A DNA stretch of 64,000 nt from Oculina patagonica (lineage: Eukaryota), in contig NC_135765.1 in assembly GCF_052425735.1 (NCBI RefSeq), positions 868,001-932,000 on the forward strand. The letters run 5' to 3'. This document shows, in pieces, positions 39,380-51,300 of the stretch. The first letter of the stretch is position 1; each line of letters begins with the position of its first letter. The notes under the pieces were generated by a model. It saw nothing but the letters and a program-made list of their open reading frames with translations, had not been told where the DNA came from and searched no databases. The position numbers and the translations under genes are program-made.

Positions 39380-39959
39380 TGCGTACGTTCGCGCGGAATC
39401 ACGTGTCAAGCAAGATCGAATGTTTTCTATTAAGCAGAACCTAGCAGCATATTTCATTCAGTAGATTTAAATAGCGAAGAAAATGACTGTAATTTACACG
39501 TTCTTCAGCCGCTGCGTTGTAGCTTTGGCGTTACAAAAACATTAAGACCGGCTCAAGAGTGACCAAAACCAAATTTCTCCTCACAATATCAATACTAAAT
39601 CAGGAGAAGAGGTTATAAGAATTAACAAAATCATCACCACTCGCATGTCATTATCACTTAACAGGCTAAGCGTTCACGAATAAACACCCAAAGCGATATC
39701 TCATATAGCGTGAAGAAAGCACATGGAAGTCATAGTATAAGTATACAGTAGAATGTATGCTTAGTGAACCAAAGTGCAATACAGTGCAATGTCTGTCATC
39801 TTTTTCTGCTCTTATTGGAGTTATATAACTGATCAACTTTACAAGCAATAAATAGACGTGAAAAACGATCTCTTTTTTAAATAAACTCTAAAAAGTGACA
39901 CGAGACACTAAGCCCACAGGGCTTTTGATTTGATTTTCTCGCCGCGTCGATCATTTTAA

Positions 39960-40200
39960 AAAGTTCCCGCCTTATTTTTCCCGCGCAAAGGTGAGCAAAG
40001 GTTAATGTATTACAAAAGCTTGGAATTAAACTTCCGGCTTTATCCATATTTGGCACCGTGAGGGACTGCAAATTTCCATATTTGTCACCCGCGACAAGCG
40101 GAAGTAAAATTGTACAAGCGAAGGCGCGAAACGTTTGTGGTCATGTTGTTGTAAATGTTTCAGTATTTGGCGCTCATTTAAGTTTTTCCTTTGAACTTCG
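39960..40200 (+). promoter_or_regulatory. Putative RB1 core promoter with E2F and ETS/GABP motifs
   Basis: E2F-like: TTCCCGCC 39964-39971, TTTCCCGC 39977-39984, GGCGCGAAA 40123-40131, TTTGGCGC 40166-40173. ETS: ACTTCCGG 40030-40037 and GCGGAAGT 40098-40105. The cluster is CpG-rich and just upstream of a strong splice donor, CAG/GTAAGT at 40270. Confidence 0.6.
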
Positions 40201-40270
40201 GAAAAAAGAAGCAAATATTATCCAGTACAATGTTCAGGCTGTCTAAAAATCTCTTTCCTCAAGACAACAG
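40200..40270 (+). other. RB1: Probable 5'-UTR first exon of RB1 (start approximate)
   Basis: Consensus donor CAG|GTAAGT. The next acceptor is TTGTTGCAG|ATG at 42270, upstream of the RB start codon at 42309. Confidence 0.5.
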
Positions 40271-41024
40271 GTAAGTAATTCGTTTTTTTTGCTCTTCGAC
40301 CCAAGTATTTGTAAGCTATGTTAGTTGAGCTCGTTTGTGCTTCGTGTAATTTTAACATAAGCTCTAATAGTAAAAGCTTTAGAGCTTATCTTAGTTTGTT
40401 TTTACGCTTAGATTGACCAATTTACCGATAAATATAAGCTTCTCTTCTTAGCAAGAAAATACATCGTTTAGAAACTGCGTATATTCGGCAATTTTTGTCA
40501 AATTATCCGTCTCAGTTCAGCTGGTTTGAATTTCATTGTGAGTCAGCGAACCTTGTAACTAGCCAATTTGCTAAGACATCTTACACACAAAAACAAAATA
40601 AAACTGTCATTATTAAGGTATTTTAAGGTTAAAGGTTTCCTGGGCCGATTTTGTGGCAAAAATTAGCATGAACATAGATAGTATTCATGAAAGATTATAC
40701 ATGGAAGCGTGACATATATATTTTTGTCTCGCTATTTCCTAAACTTCCTTCCCCCGGATAAGGGTTCAATCTGGTTCTTGCTAACCTTAATTCTAATGTT
40801 TTCAAATATGTTTGTAAAGCAGTCGCGTGTAAAATTAAAATATTTTGTTATTTTCTTAGTCAACTTACCATCAAATTGCCAGCGCGAGTTTAAAATTTGT
40901 ACATGACCGACATGGCATGTAAATTTTGTGTTGATCTTTATTAATTTTAAATTATTTTGATCATTCATTTCTTTAATTTAATTTTTTTTTCAATCTTTTT
41001 TGGTTATTTTTTTACAATCGGTTG

Positions 41025-41055
<31 letters not shown>

Positions 41056-41134
41056 GTTTATTTATTTATTTATGAAAATAAAGTATGATATATTTTAAGC
41101 TTGAAGAAAAACAATGAGAAAAATTTTATTCAGT

Positions 41135-41470
41135 CAGTGACACAAGCTATAAGGAAAAGGAATGCCCAGTTCTGCCAACCAGGAATATAGCTAAGACAAC
41201 ACTAAGCCGGCTCATCAACAAGTCCAGCTGGCTTTTCTGGCCCTGGTAGCTCTAAAAGTTTACCCAAGTTTTTTTGTTTTCATGTGAGATTTCAGCCAGA
41301 TTTAAGTTCTTTTTCAGCTGGTTAAATAAGCCCGCCGGCCCTACGGGACATCCTGCCGGTACCCAACAGGACTAGAACCTATGACCTTCCGCACACCAGT
41401 CGAGGTTGGACGCTCTACCACTGAGCTACAGGAGACTTGTGGGAGCTAGGCCATATAATTAGGCCATATA
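41135..41470 (-). mobile_element. tRNA-derived SINE with an internal insertion of about 170 bp
   Basis: CAGGACTAGAACCTATGACCTTCC...GCTCTACCACTGAGCTACAGGAGAC. CCAAC(C)AGGA is repeated on both sides of the insert (about 41175 and 41363). Confidence 0.55.
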
Positions 41471-41526
41471 ATTAGGTTCAAATGTTACAAGCTTTTGGTA
41501 ATGCTAGGAACAGTATTGCCGAAGAC

Positions 41527-42137
41527 ACCCTGCGAGCAGAGCCTCTTTTAGCTTCCCTTCGGTTGAGATTTGAGAAGTAAAAAGAGGCTCTGCATAAATC
41601 GTGTCATTTCTTTGAAGTCACCGCAGCCCCAAAGTTTGGCTGGTCAGCCTGGATTAAACTGGTTTTTGCCGCGCAGGCATATATTTTTTGGAGAAACTGA
41701 CGATCAAGACAGAGCCCACAATACACTCTCGAAAGCACTAGAGCTGATGAATGCTCTCGCCGTCTGCTACCGTTTGTGCGTGTGTGCAGCTTTTGAATCA
41801 TTTAAGATCTCGTTTTTTTTATCACACATCTCTACCATAAATTCACTAATAATACCTCAAGCGATACTTGATGTTTTTTTACTGAAGAAATTCAGACGCT
41901 CTTTGAAAAAAAGGAAATTGTAAAAGAAACACTTTGTTCACGCTGTCGTGTGCGATCCGGCACGCCATTCTGCACGCGCATGCCAAGATTAAGTCGTCCT
42001 CGCGCAAGCCCGCACAAGCTAAACGCGCACGCATCGCGTTAACCTCGCGCATGCCCAACAAAGATTTTACACGATTCTTGCAGAGCCCTTTCTTCTCAAG
42101 TATATCAGTGGAAAAGAAAGGGCTCTGCTCGCAGGGT
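41527..42137. mobile_element. 611-bp non-autonomous TIR element with a hairpin at each end, in RB1 intron 1
   Basis: Perfect 17-bp TIR ACCCTGCGAGCAGAGCC (41527-41543 / 42121-42137). Confidence 0.85.
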
Positions 42138-42308
42138 ATGCCAAAGAGTGAGATGTGTGGAGAAAGTTTTTCAATAACTGTCAAATGCATTCAAGTGTAT
42201 TTCTCCACTGTCTAACAAAAATGTATCAAATAAAAAAATCTTCAACACAACATGTCTTTGTTTGTTGCAGATGACATTTCACTGAGCCTGAGATTAAAAT
42301 CCTTACAA

Positions 42309-45300
42309 ATGGAGACTAAGGAGTCGTTTGATCAATTTTGCCAGCAACTAGAATTAGAGGAGGAATCTAGAGAAAAAGCCTGGAATGTTTGGGAGTCTGT
42401 TTCCACAAAAATAGTAGAAACCACAAAGGTATGTAATTGTACAAAAGTACAGTCTGATGGCTAGCTTTTTAGCTTATTAAGAACTTGAAGGTCAAAGAAA
42501 AGGACTAAATTGCACCTTTAGGGTTGCCAAATTACCGGATAGGTGGCATTTTTGCATGTATATAAAAGACCATTAATTTGAAATTGCTTATAAAAAGTTG
42601 ATCATTATTGTGATAATAGTTTATCTCTAATTTTCTATTCCAGAGTGCCCTGATTCCTTGGTTTATCTGTGCTATTTTTGTAACAAATTACAATAAAAAG
42701 TAAGTACATTTGTAACCAAAAGTAACAGAGTTAATAAGTTTCCCTGAAGGGAACCAGTGGAACAAAAGAAAAAATGTTCATTGGACTCATTTTGTATTCA
42801 ATTCAATTCTAAAATCAACATGTATGATGTAATTACTATAAACTTAATAATAAGTTAACATACCGGTAAAGGAAAACATTAAAATAATACACCATGTTGC
42901 CATAAAACATCAATATTATTCATCAAATTATCACTGACATTTTGTTCATTTAGACACTGACACATTTCTGTTATGTTTCTTTTGTTAGTTGTAATTAGCT
43001 GCTTTTTTCTTAAATTGTTATAAATGAGCACTGTTTTTGACACTTTTCTGACAGGTGTAATGGCACCCAAGATGGTGAAACCTTTACAACTCATTCCATG
43101 AGCAAACTTTTGAAGGCAGCCAGAATAAGGTACACATGTCAGCCACAAACTGATGTTGATTAATTTTAGTCTTGGCTTATTTAAACTGCAGTGCAACTTG
43201 TATGGAGAGGTATCAACTCTTTCTTTAGCTACCTAATTCATAACTTTGCAAAATATAAAACTCTGGCTCTAGCCTCCTAGCTTTGTTAAAACTAGAATTA
43301 ATAATGGTAATAGGACTGAGTGCAGTCCAATTTGGTCTTCAATCATACAAATGATTTACAAAATTGGACTGACTTAACAGACATCCTTTTTTTTTCCTAT
43401 CAGGATGGTTGATTTTTTCCAAAAGATGAAAGTGTTTATTACAATTTGTGATGTTGGGATACCCGTGACAGAAAACCTCACTGAACTAAAGAAAACCTTC
43501 TGTGTATCTTCTGCATTGTTCTACAAGTTTAAGAGGTGATTAAGTTATTATTTTTAAAATGTTAACTTATCCAAAAATCATCATTTTCCCTGTGTGAAGT
43601 GTGTAACTCTGGAACACGGTCCAGAAACTGAACAGGTCGTCACAAAGTGCGAGGCAGGCATGAGACATGTTAGCTTAGGTAGCTTGCGGTTAGCCTTTTT
43701 ATTTTGGAGTAGGAATTTCTGCTTTGCATGCCTTGCATGCCTCGCTGCCTCGCACATATGTAAGACTCGAAGTGAAATACTTCAGGCAAGTGCCAATTTT
43801 AATTTGGGCTTTAAAATTGTTTTCAGTAATGCTTTTTACATAATAAGATTGTCTCCTATGTTCATGTACATACATATACGTGTACCTGTACATGTACACG
43901 AATAGGTACGTGTATGTGTAAATTTACATATTATGTGCTAGTGATGAACAGTTTGAAAATTAATAAATGTTCTTTACTTTCTGACATTCCTTTACAGATT
44001 AATGCCAGTGGTATTTAAAGATCATCAAGCATTTGGTGAAAGGTATAAAATTCCATAAAGTCAACTTTGATGTTCTATACATTCTTACATGTCATAGCAA
44101 TAATTATGAACTAACTAAAATAAATTTTTATAATTGTTTAATGTCAGCTCTTTGAATTTTTTTCTTTTCTTGACAGTGAGGAGACACAGGAAACCTTTTG
44201 CAAAACATGCTGGCTTTTATTTATTGTCTGCAAAGGTATGCAGCTCCACCCATAGTCTCATTCTGTCTGCTAAATTCTGATTATAAGCAACCCCATACAT
44301 TTGGAACCCATCCTTGCCTCTTCCCCACCACTCTCCCGCCCCCAAACACACACTTTTCCAAGACATTGTGCAATTTTACGTTGAACTAGGCAATTAGTAA
44401 TACAAGTAAAGTGCAGTAACTAGAAGCACCATGCACAGCATGTTGACAAGTTTGAATGTAAAGTTACCCTTGACTAATCTCTTATTAGCTCATTCCAAAA
44501 TAGTTTTTTGATGCACTTACTGTACCCCCCCCCCCCCCCCGATATACCCCCCATCCCCATTTATAAGCTCAACCAAAACCCTTTATTTTACTAACCCTTT
44601 ACTAAGCCCAGGTATTATTACTGGAATTGTTTGGTATTTACTCTTTGTTTGTTATGTCAACTGTTATTGCATTCTATTTTATTTGTGACTGCTTCAGGCT
44701 GGCATCCTCACCAGGTGACAGACTTGGTAACAGCATTTGACCTCTTATTGTGCTGTGTGGACTATGTACACAGAAGATTTTCACAGCAGCAGCAGTCCAC
44801 AGGTGAAAATTGTTATTATGTTCATGGGCTGTTCATGTACATGTACATTGTACACTGGGATCCAGGCGAGGTGTCAATAAGGAATACCAATGAGCTACAT
44901 GTAATAGATAATTTTATGTGCCAGCAGAAGTTTTCAATTTATTTTGCCAGGTCAGGTAGCTGATCTTGTCAAATGTTAAAATAATGTAGTTTTGCTTTCA
45001 CAATTAAGTGATTTACGTTGCTTTTTCATTCATTCATTCAGGTCGCTCAGAGACAAATGGAAATCTGGTTAGAGTCTTAATTAATTTTCCTTATCAAAAT
45101 TGTTCCAATTTTCAATACCAATAAGATCTCGCCAAGAGTATTTTATGACTGTACAAATTGTATGTTGCTATGTCAACTGCACGTTTCCTTTTTTTCCAGG
45201 AACATGGGATTCTTTCTGATCTTTGCCAAAAGTCAAATGTCCCTTACTCCAAGGTACATACATGTACATGTACTTGTAGGTCAGCTTCTACAATGATGTG

Positions 45301-48300
45301 TCATCACTATGTTATTTCTTACTTAAATGTATCCTTAAGGGGGCTGGAAATGGTTTCCAGCTCTTTCTAATACTTCTTCTTAAATAGATCATTGAACACC
45401 ACCACTATTCATCAGTTGGTGCTATAATAATGAAATCAAATTATAAAATGCCCAATCATTAATGGACATGTCATGGTCATTGTTTTTGATTGACATAATG
45501 AAAAAAGCACCCATTAAACACCCACAGTTCTATATTTGAAGTGCTCAAAACTGCAAAACGAGCTCAGTGTCCCCCCCCCCCATTGTACATGTACCCTAAC
45601 TATACTTAACTATGATCATTTTGATGTTGATTTAGGTTAACGCAGTATACACAGAGTACTTTCAGCAATTTCTGGAGAGCTGCTCTGAGGTACAAATTAA
45701 TTTGAATTTACATTTGTATAATTTTCTTATGAATGTTAATTCGTCAATTCCAGACAGTAAGAAATAGCTTAGGTGTAGCCCTTTTACAGCTGTGGTCTTG
45801 CAGTACTGATTAAGCAACTGACTGATGGCATGAAAATCATAAAACAATAAATTAGCTAAACCAACTGTAACCGAGCTCGATTATACGTGACAAAGCAATT
45901 TTTCGGTTTCAATTTGTGGTTCTGTTTATCTCGGTTCCCACGGAAAGTATCCCTTTCGGTTATGCTTTGTGGTTGTATTTGTCACACCAAGCTCTGTCAT
46001 ATTTCTCCCACACGATACATGTGCAGGAAGGCAAATGATTAAATTTATCACGCTTTAGTATGCCAGCATTGTTTCAGGAAAACCGCTAAGATTACTGTTT
46101 CTTTATCTATTGTGCAGTTAGAGCACGTATATGTTTTGTGGTTATGCCTACATGAATGGAGACACAGAAAACAGGAAAGTTTCATTAGTTTGTGGCTTAC
46201 CTAGCCAAGGTTGACCAATCGAATTGTTAAAAAACAGGATGTCAGCCATTTAGTTTCTTTGAGCTCGTTGTTTATTGTGTTAAACGGGTATATTAGACGC
46301 CCAACACGTTCTAATTACACACAAGTTAGAGTCCATCGCCGAACGAACATCTAGCCTTCCAAGTTCTTGAGAGTTCTCCCCTCGCACGGAGTGGGTAAGT
46401 GTTCTTTCTTTCGTATATTTCGCTCGGTGATTCTAGTTTGCTATCGAGGTCATCAAGACGATTATGTTTCCCGTCGTTAGATTCCTTCGTTTTCTAGTTT
46501 TCGTCGTTTACCTTGTAGTTCAAGAAAGAGTAGTTCGTCGTAAGAGTTTTCCTTATGTATTGTAGAGTTCGTAGTCCTTTAGTTTAGCTTTTAGCTTTAG
46601 TTTTATCGTAGGTTTTCCGCGACGAACGTAGCTTCCAAACATGTTTGTATTTCTCAATGACCTCGTGTTTAGTTCGCATGATTAGTCACGTGCCGTTTGT
46701 CACGGTTCATTACTCTCGTCGCTCGCTTCAGTAGCGCACGTGGTTTTGTTTACAAGTGTCGGTTTCTATAATTCGCTCGTAGTTTTAGCTATTATTGTGA
46801 TTGTTGTACTCGCAGTTTAGTAATTTTAGCGCGTTTGTTCCTTAGCGCTATTGCCCTTTTTCTTAGCCTTTTATTATTGCCTTTTGTGCTTGCTTGCTTA
46901 ATCTTGTTACTTACTAAATTTTTGTGTAATTGTTTGGCCAATAAATTGACATATACAGATTTCACATTTGTCATTCGTTGCTCGCTACCCTCTTTACTCG
47001 CGCGGCTCGGTCACATTTTGGTACCAGGAGTGGGGTAGCGAGAATATTTCGGTTCCAAATTTAAAGCACAAAGGGCACATAGAAGTTATAAAAGGGCAAT
47101 AGAAGCCACTCCCAAGATGACCGAGGAGGACGTCACAGCACTGAAGACCAAAGTAGAAGAACTTGAGGAACAACAAAAACAAGCGCATGACCTACTTAAG
47201 ACACTGCAAGCGCAAGCCGCCTCGCAACAGCAGGGTTCCCCGGGAACAGAAGGCACCCCACCCAAGCCAGAGGCAAGACAGCTGGTGGTTGTCCCCAATG
47301 AACATAGACTTAAAAAATTCAGTGGCAGACAAGGGGAAAACGAACTGTCCATTGACGACTTTATTGACAACGCAAAAAGCGCAATTACCTCTAGAGGACT
47401 ACCCCCGTCCGAACAAGCAAATTTCATTTTCTCCTACTTGGAAGGACCCGCAAAAGAAGAGACCAAGTTGTTCCCTAAGGGTGACCTAAAGGAACCTGAA
47501 AAAATCTTTGGCCTACTCCAGGAATCATTTGGTGAAAAACGCTCAGTACCCCAATTACTAAAAGCTTTCTATGACCGTAGACAGCGGGAAGGGGAAACCC
47601 TGCGATCGTACTCCCACGCCCTGAGAGATCTGCAAGCTAAAATCCTAAAGAAACAGCCCAAGACAAGCGATAGCGACAGTGCACTAAGGGACCACTTCAT
47701 AGAGAATGTCCGGGACTCGTTGCTCAGAAAAGAACTGAGGAAAAGTGTGCGTAGCCATCCAAGCATCTCCTTCCTTGACGTTCGAGAAGAGGCCATCCGC
47801 TGGGCTGAAGAGGATGAGAAGATCTCACCCCCTCGATCCCGCATTGTGTCATCCCAGGAGACAACCTCCTCGGAGCAACCGCCACCCCCTTCTCTGGCTT
47901 CGACTATGGCAGAAATCATGAAGACCCTGCAAGGTCAACAGAAGGCTATTGAAGACCTAGCTTCCAATATTAGTAAGATGAATTCCCAACAGGATATTGG
48001 AAGACAGAGACCCCCAACCCACACGCAGCCTTCCCCTCCCGGAGCTGGCATGACAGCTAACAAGTGCTTCCGCTGTGGATCAGCCAACCATTTTGCCCGC
48101 AACTGTCCATCCAGGAATCAGCCACCGCCCCCTAGGAATCTTCCCCCACGACCCCCACACCGTCCGTTAAACTAGTCCCCCCTGCCGCTGCGAGTCAGGT
48201 GGCAGGAGGGAACAGTCCTGGCTCATCTTGTGCCCCGCAGTTACCTGGATCTGTCTACGAGAGAGCAGTTGGCAGTTGTCCAGTCACCACTGTGAAACTG

Positions 48301-51300
48301 GGGGGCGTACCAGTTCGTTGCCTCCTTGATTCTGGATCACAGGTATCCACCATAACAGAAAGTTTCTTCAACCAGCACTTCCGCCCCAGAGGGAGCGACC
48401 TGTTGGACACTAGCAAATGGCTTACCTTGACCGCTGCAAATGGCCTGGAAATACCGTACATCGGTTACCTGGAACTCGACTTTGAAGCGCAAGGCATGAC
48501 CATTCCCCAGAGAGGTATCCTTGTCGTAAAAGATCCCCTTGGCCCAGAATCAAGAACCCGTAAAGAAGCTGTGCCAGGACTGCTGGGTATGAATATCATA
48601 CAGAAAATGAATGAAAAGGCAGAACAACTGGAGGACACTGCATGGACCAGTACCCTTCAGGCTGTCACTAGAGCTGCAACATCGGTGAGAGGACTCGCAA
48701 GGATTGCAAGCAAGAACGATGTTAGAATACCAGCTGGATCGATCACAACTGTGGACGCCACTGGCTATCGAGGCTCGCTGCCTGGAGAGGAAAAGTGTGT
48801 CCTTATTGAGCCCCTGAGGGATCAAACCCGCCATGGTCTGATCATTGCAAGCACCCTCACCTCTGTTCGTGGAAGGCACGTTAAAGTGCAAGTGGCCAAT
48901 GTGGGACAAGAAGATGTCTGGCTTCGCCCACGAGAGCGAATTGGCACTATGCATGCAGTTTCCGGTGTCCAGGAAGACTACCAAGACTTCGACTTCACAC
49001 AAGTCTCCGTCCATGAAGTAGTCATTCACCACAAAGATGAAAAAGCCCCAAAGCACAAAGAGTCCCCTAAGTCTCCTCCCCTATCAAGCCCTGCCTTTTC
49101 AGGTGATAGTACCCCCGAGCAACAAGCCCAACTGGATGAGCTTCTGGCCAGATACAAAGATATGTTCGTAACCGATGACGACGAACTGGGTTACACTGAG
49201 ACAGTGAAGCACAAAGTGTTCACCACAGATGACATTCCCGTAAATCAGCCTTTTCGTCGGATACCCCCTAACCAATACCAAGAGGCCAAGGAACACATTC
49301 AGAAGCTCCTCGAACAAGGGATCATCCGCGAGAGTCACAGCCCCTACTCCTCACCAATAGTACTGGTACGAAAGAAGAATGGTAGTCTCCGTATGTGTGT
49401 TGACTATCGAAGACTCAACGCGAAAACTGTTAAAGATGCTTACCCTCTCCCTCGAATCCAAGAGTCCTTTGATGCATTACAAGGAGCAAGTTGGTTCTCC
49501 ACCCTTGACTTGGCCAGTGGATTTAACCAAGTTGCTGTCGATGAAGAAGACAAGGCGAAGACTGCATTCATCACCCCTTTTGGACTGTTCGAATACAATC
49601 GAATGCCATTCGGTCTTTGCAATGCACCTGCTAGCTTTGCCAGGCTAATGCAAGCCTGCCTAAATGAACAAATCTTCCAAATTCTACTGGTTTACCTGGA
49701 TGACATCCTGATTTACTCACGAACATTCGAAGAACACCTCGAGAGACTCGAAATGGTTCTCAACCGCCTGCGAAAACATGGTCTGAAGTTGAGACTAGAG
49801 AAGTGCAACTTCCTGAAGAGAAAAGTGACTTACCTTGGACATGAAGTCTCAGGTGATGGCATCTCCCCAGAACCCCAGAAATTGGCAGCTGTAAAAGAAT
49901 GGCCAGTCCCAACCACAGTGAAAGAACTCAGAACTTTCCTTGGTTTCGCAAGTTACTATCGCAGATTCATTGACAGCTTTGCAAAGATAGCAGGACCCCT
50001 ACACCAGTTGGCGAACGAATCCCTCCATGAATTAAAGACTATCAAGAAACTTTCCAAGCCATTTACAGCAAAGTGGAACATCAAGTGTCAGCAAGCCTTT
50101 GACACCCTGCGTGAGAAGCTAACTACTGCACCAGTGCTAGGATATGCAGATTACACCAAACCTTTCATTGTTGAGACAGATGCAAGCCATGATGGACTGG
50201 GTGCCGTGTTGTCGCAAGAGCAAGATGGCAAGCGATGTGTGATAGCTTATGCCAGTCGCCGCTTACGACCACCTGAGAAGAACATGCAGAACTACAGTTC
50301 TCGCAAATTGGAATTGCTAGCACTAAAGTGGGCAGTTACTGAGAAGTTTAGAAGTTACCTTTTAGGATCTGAATTTGTGATCTACACAGATAACAACCCA
50401 TTAAGTCACCTTCAAACAGCTAAGCTAGGAGCAGTCGAACAAAGATGGGCAGCAGAACTGGCATTGTTTAAGTTCACAATCAAGTATCGCCCCGGGAGAG
50501 CAAACGGAAACGCAGACGCACTTTCAAGAGCAACACATAGACCTAGAGAACCTGAACAGACACACCCCCAAGTCGATGACATGGCAGACGTACAGATGAA
50601 TGAAATTAACGCCATGCAACCCACCCAAATACCAATTGAATTGAGGGAAATTGTTATCAACAGTGCAGAACATGACCCACCTACCAGGGATACCCAGAAG
50701 ACAACTCACACTGCTCTGCCTACCCACAACCTGTCTGACTTAAGAGAAATGCAGATGGCAGACCCCATCATAAGACGTTTCCACCTTTACTGGTCGAGAA
50801 ATCAAAAACCCACCCTTCAAGAAAGAAAGCGAGAAACCAAAGACACACTGACACTGCTTAATCAGTGGGACAAGATCTCAGAAGAGAATGGAGTGATGTA
50901 CCGTACCATCCAAGACCCAAACCATGGCCAGTGTAAACAGTTAGTCCTTCCCCAGATACTAAAAGAGAAGATTCTCACCAGTCTACATGATGACATGGGA
51001 CACCAAGGTCTCGAACGTACTCTGCACCTTGTTAGAGATCGCTGTTATTGGCCCCGAATGAACAATGATGTGGAAGCCTGGATTAAGAAGTGTGAACGCT
51101 GTACGTTATCTAAGCAACCTCTTCCCCGTGTCCGTCCAGCAATGGGACATCTCCTTGCCACCAAACCGCTAGAAGTCCTCGCCATCGACTTTACCCTTCT
51201 GGAGCCAGCCACAGATGGCAGAGAGAATGTTCTCGTCATGACTGATGTATTCACCAAATTTACCCATGCAGTTCCAACTAAAGACCAGAGAGCCAGTACT

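Noticed and set aside
46835-47038. Hydrophobic 67-74 aa ORF in each LTR as a possible env or membrane peptide
   Set aside because: It has a non-ATG (TTG) start, its hydrophobicity follows from the T-rich LTR strand, and it runs across the LTR boundary with different ends in the two copies.
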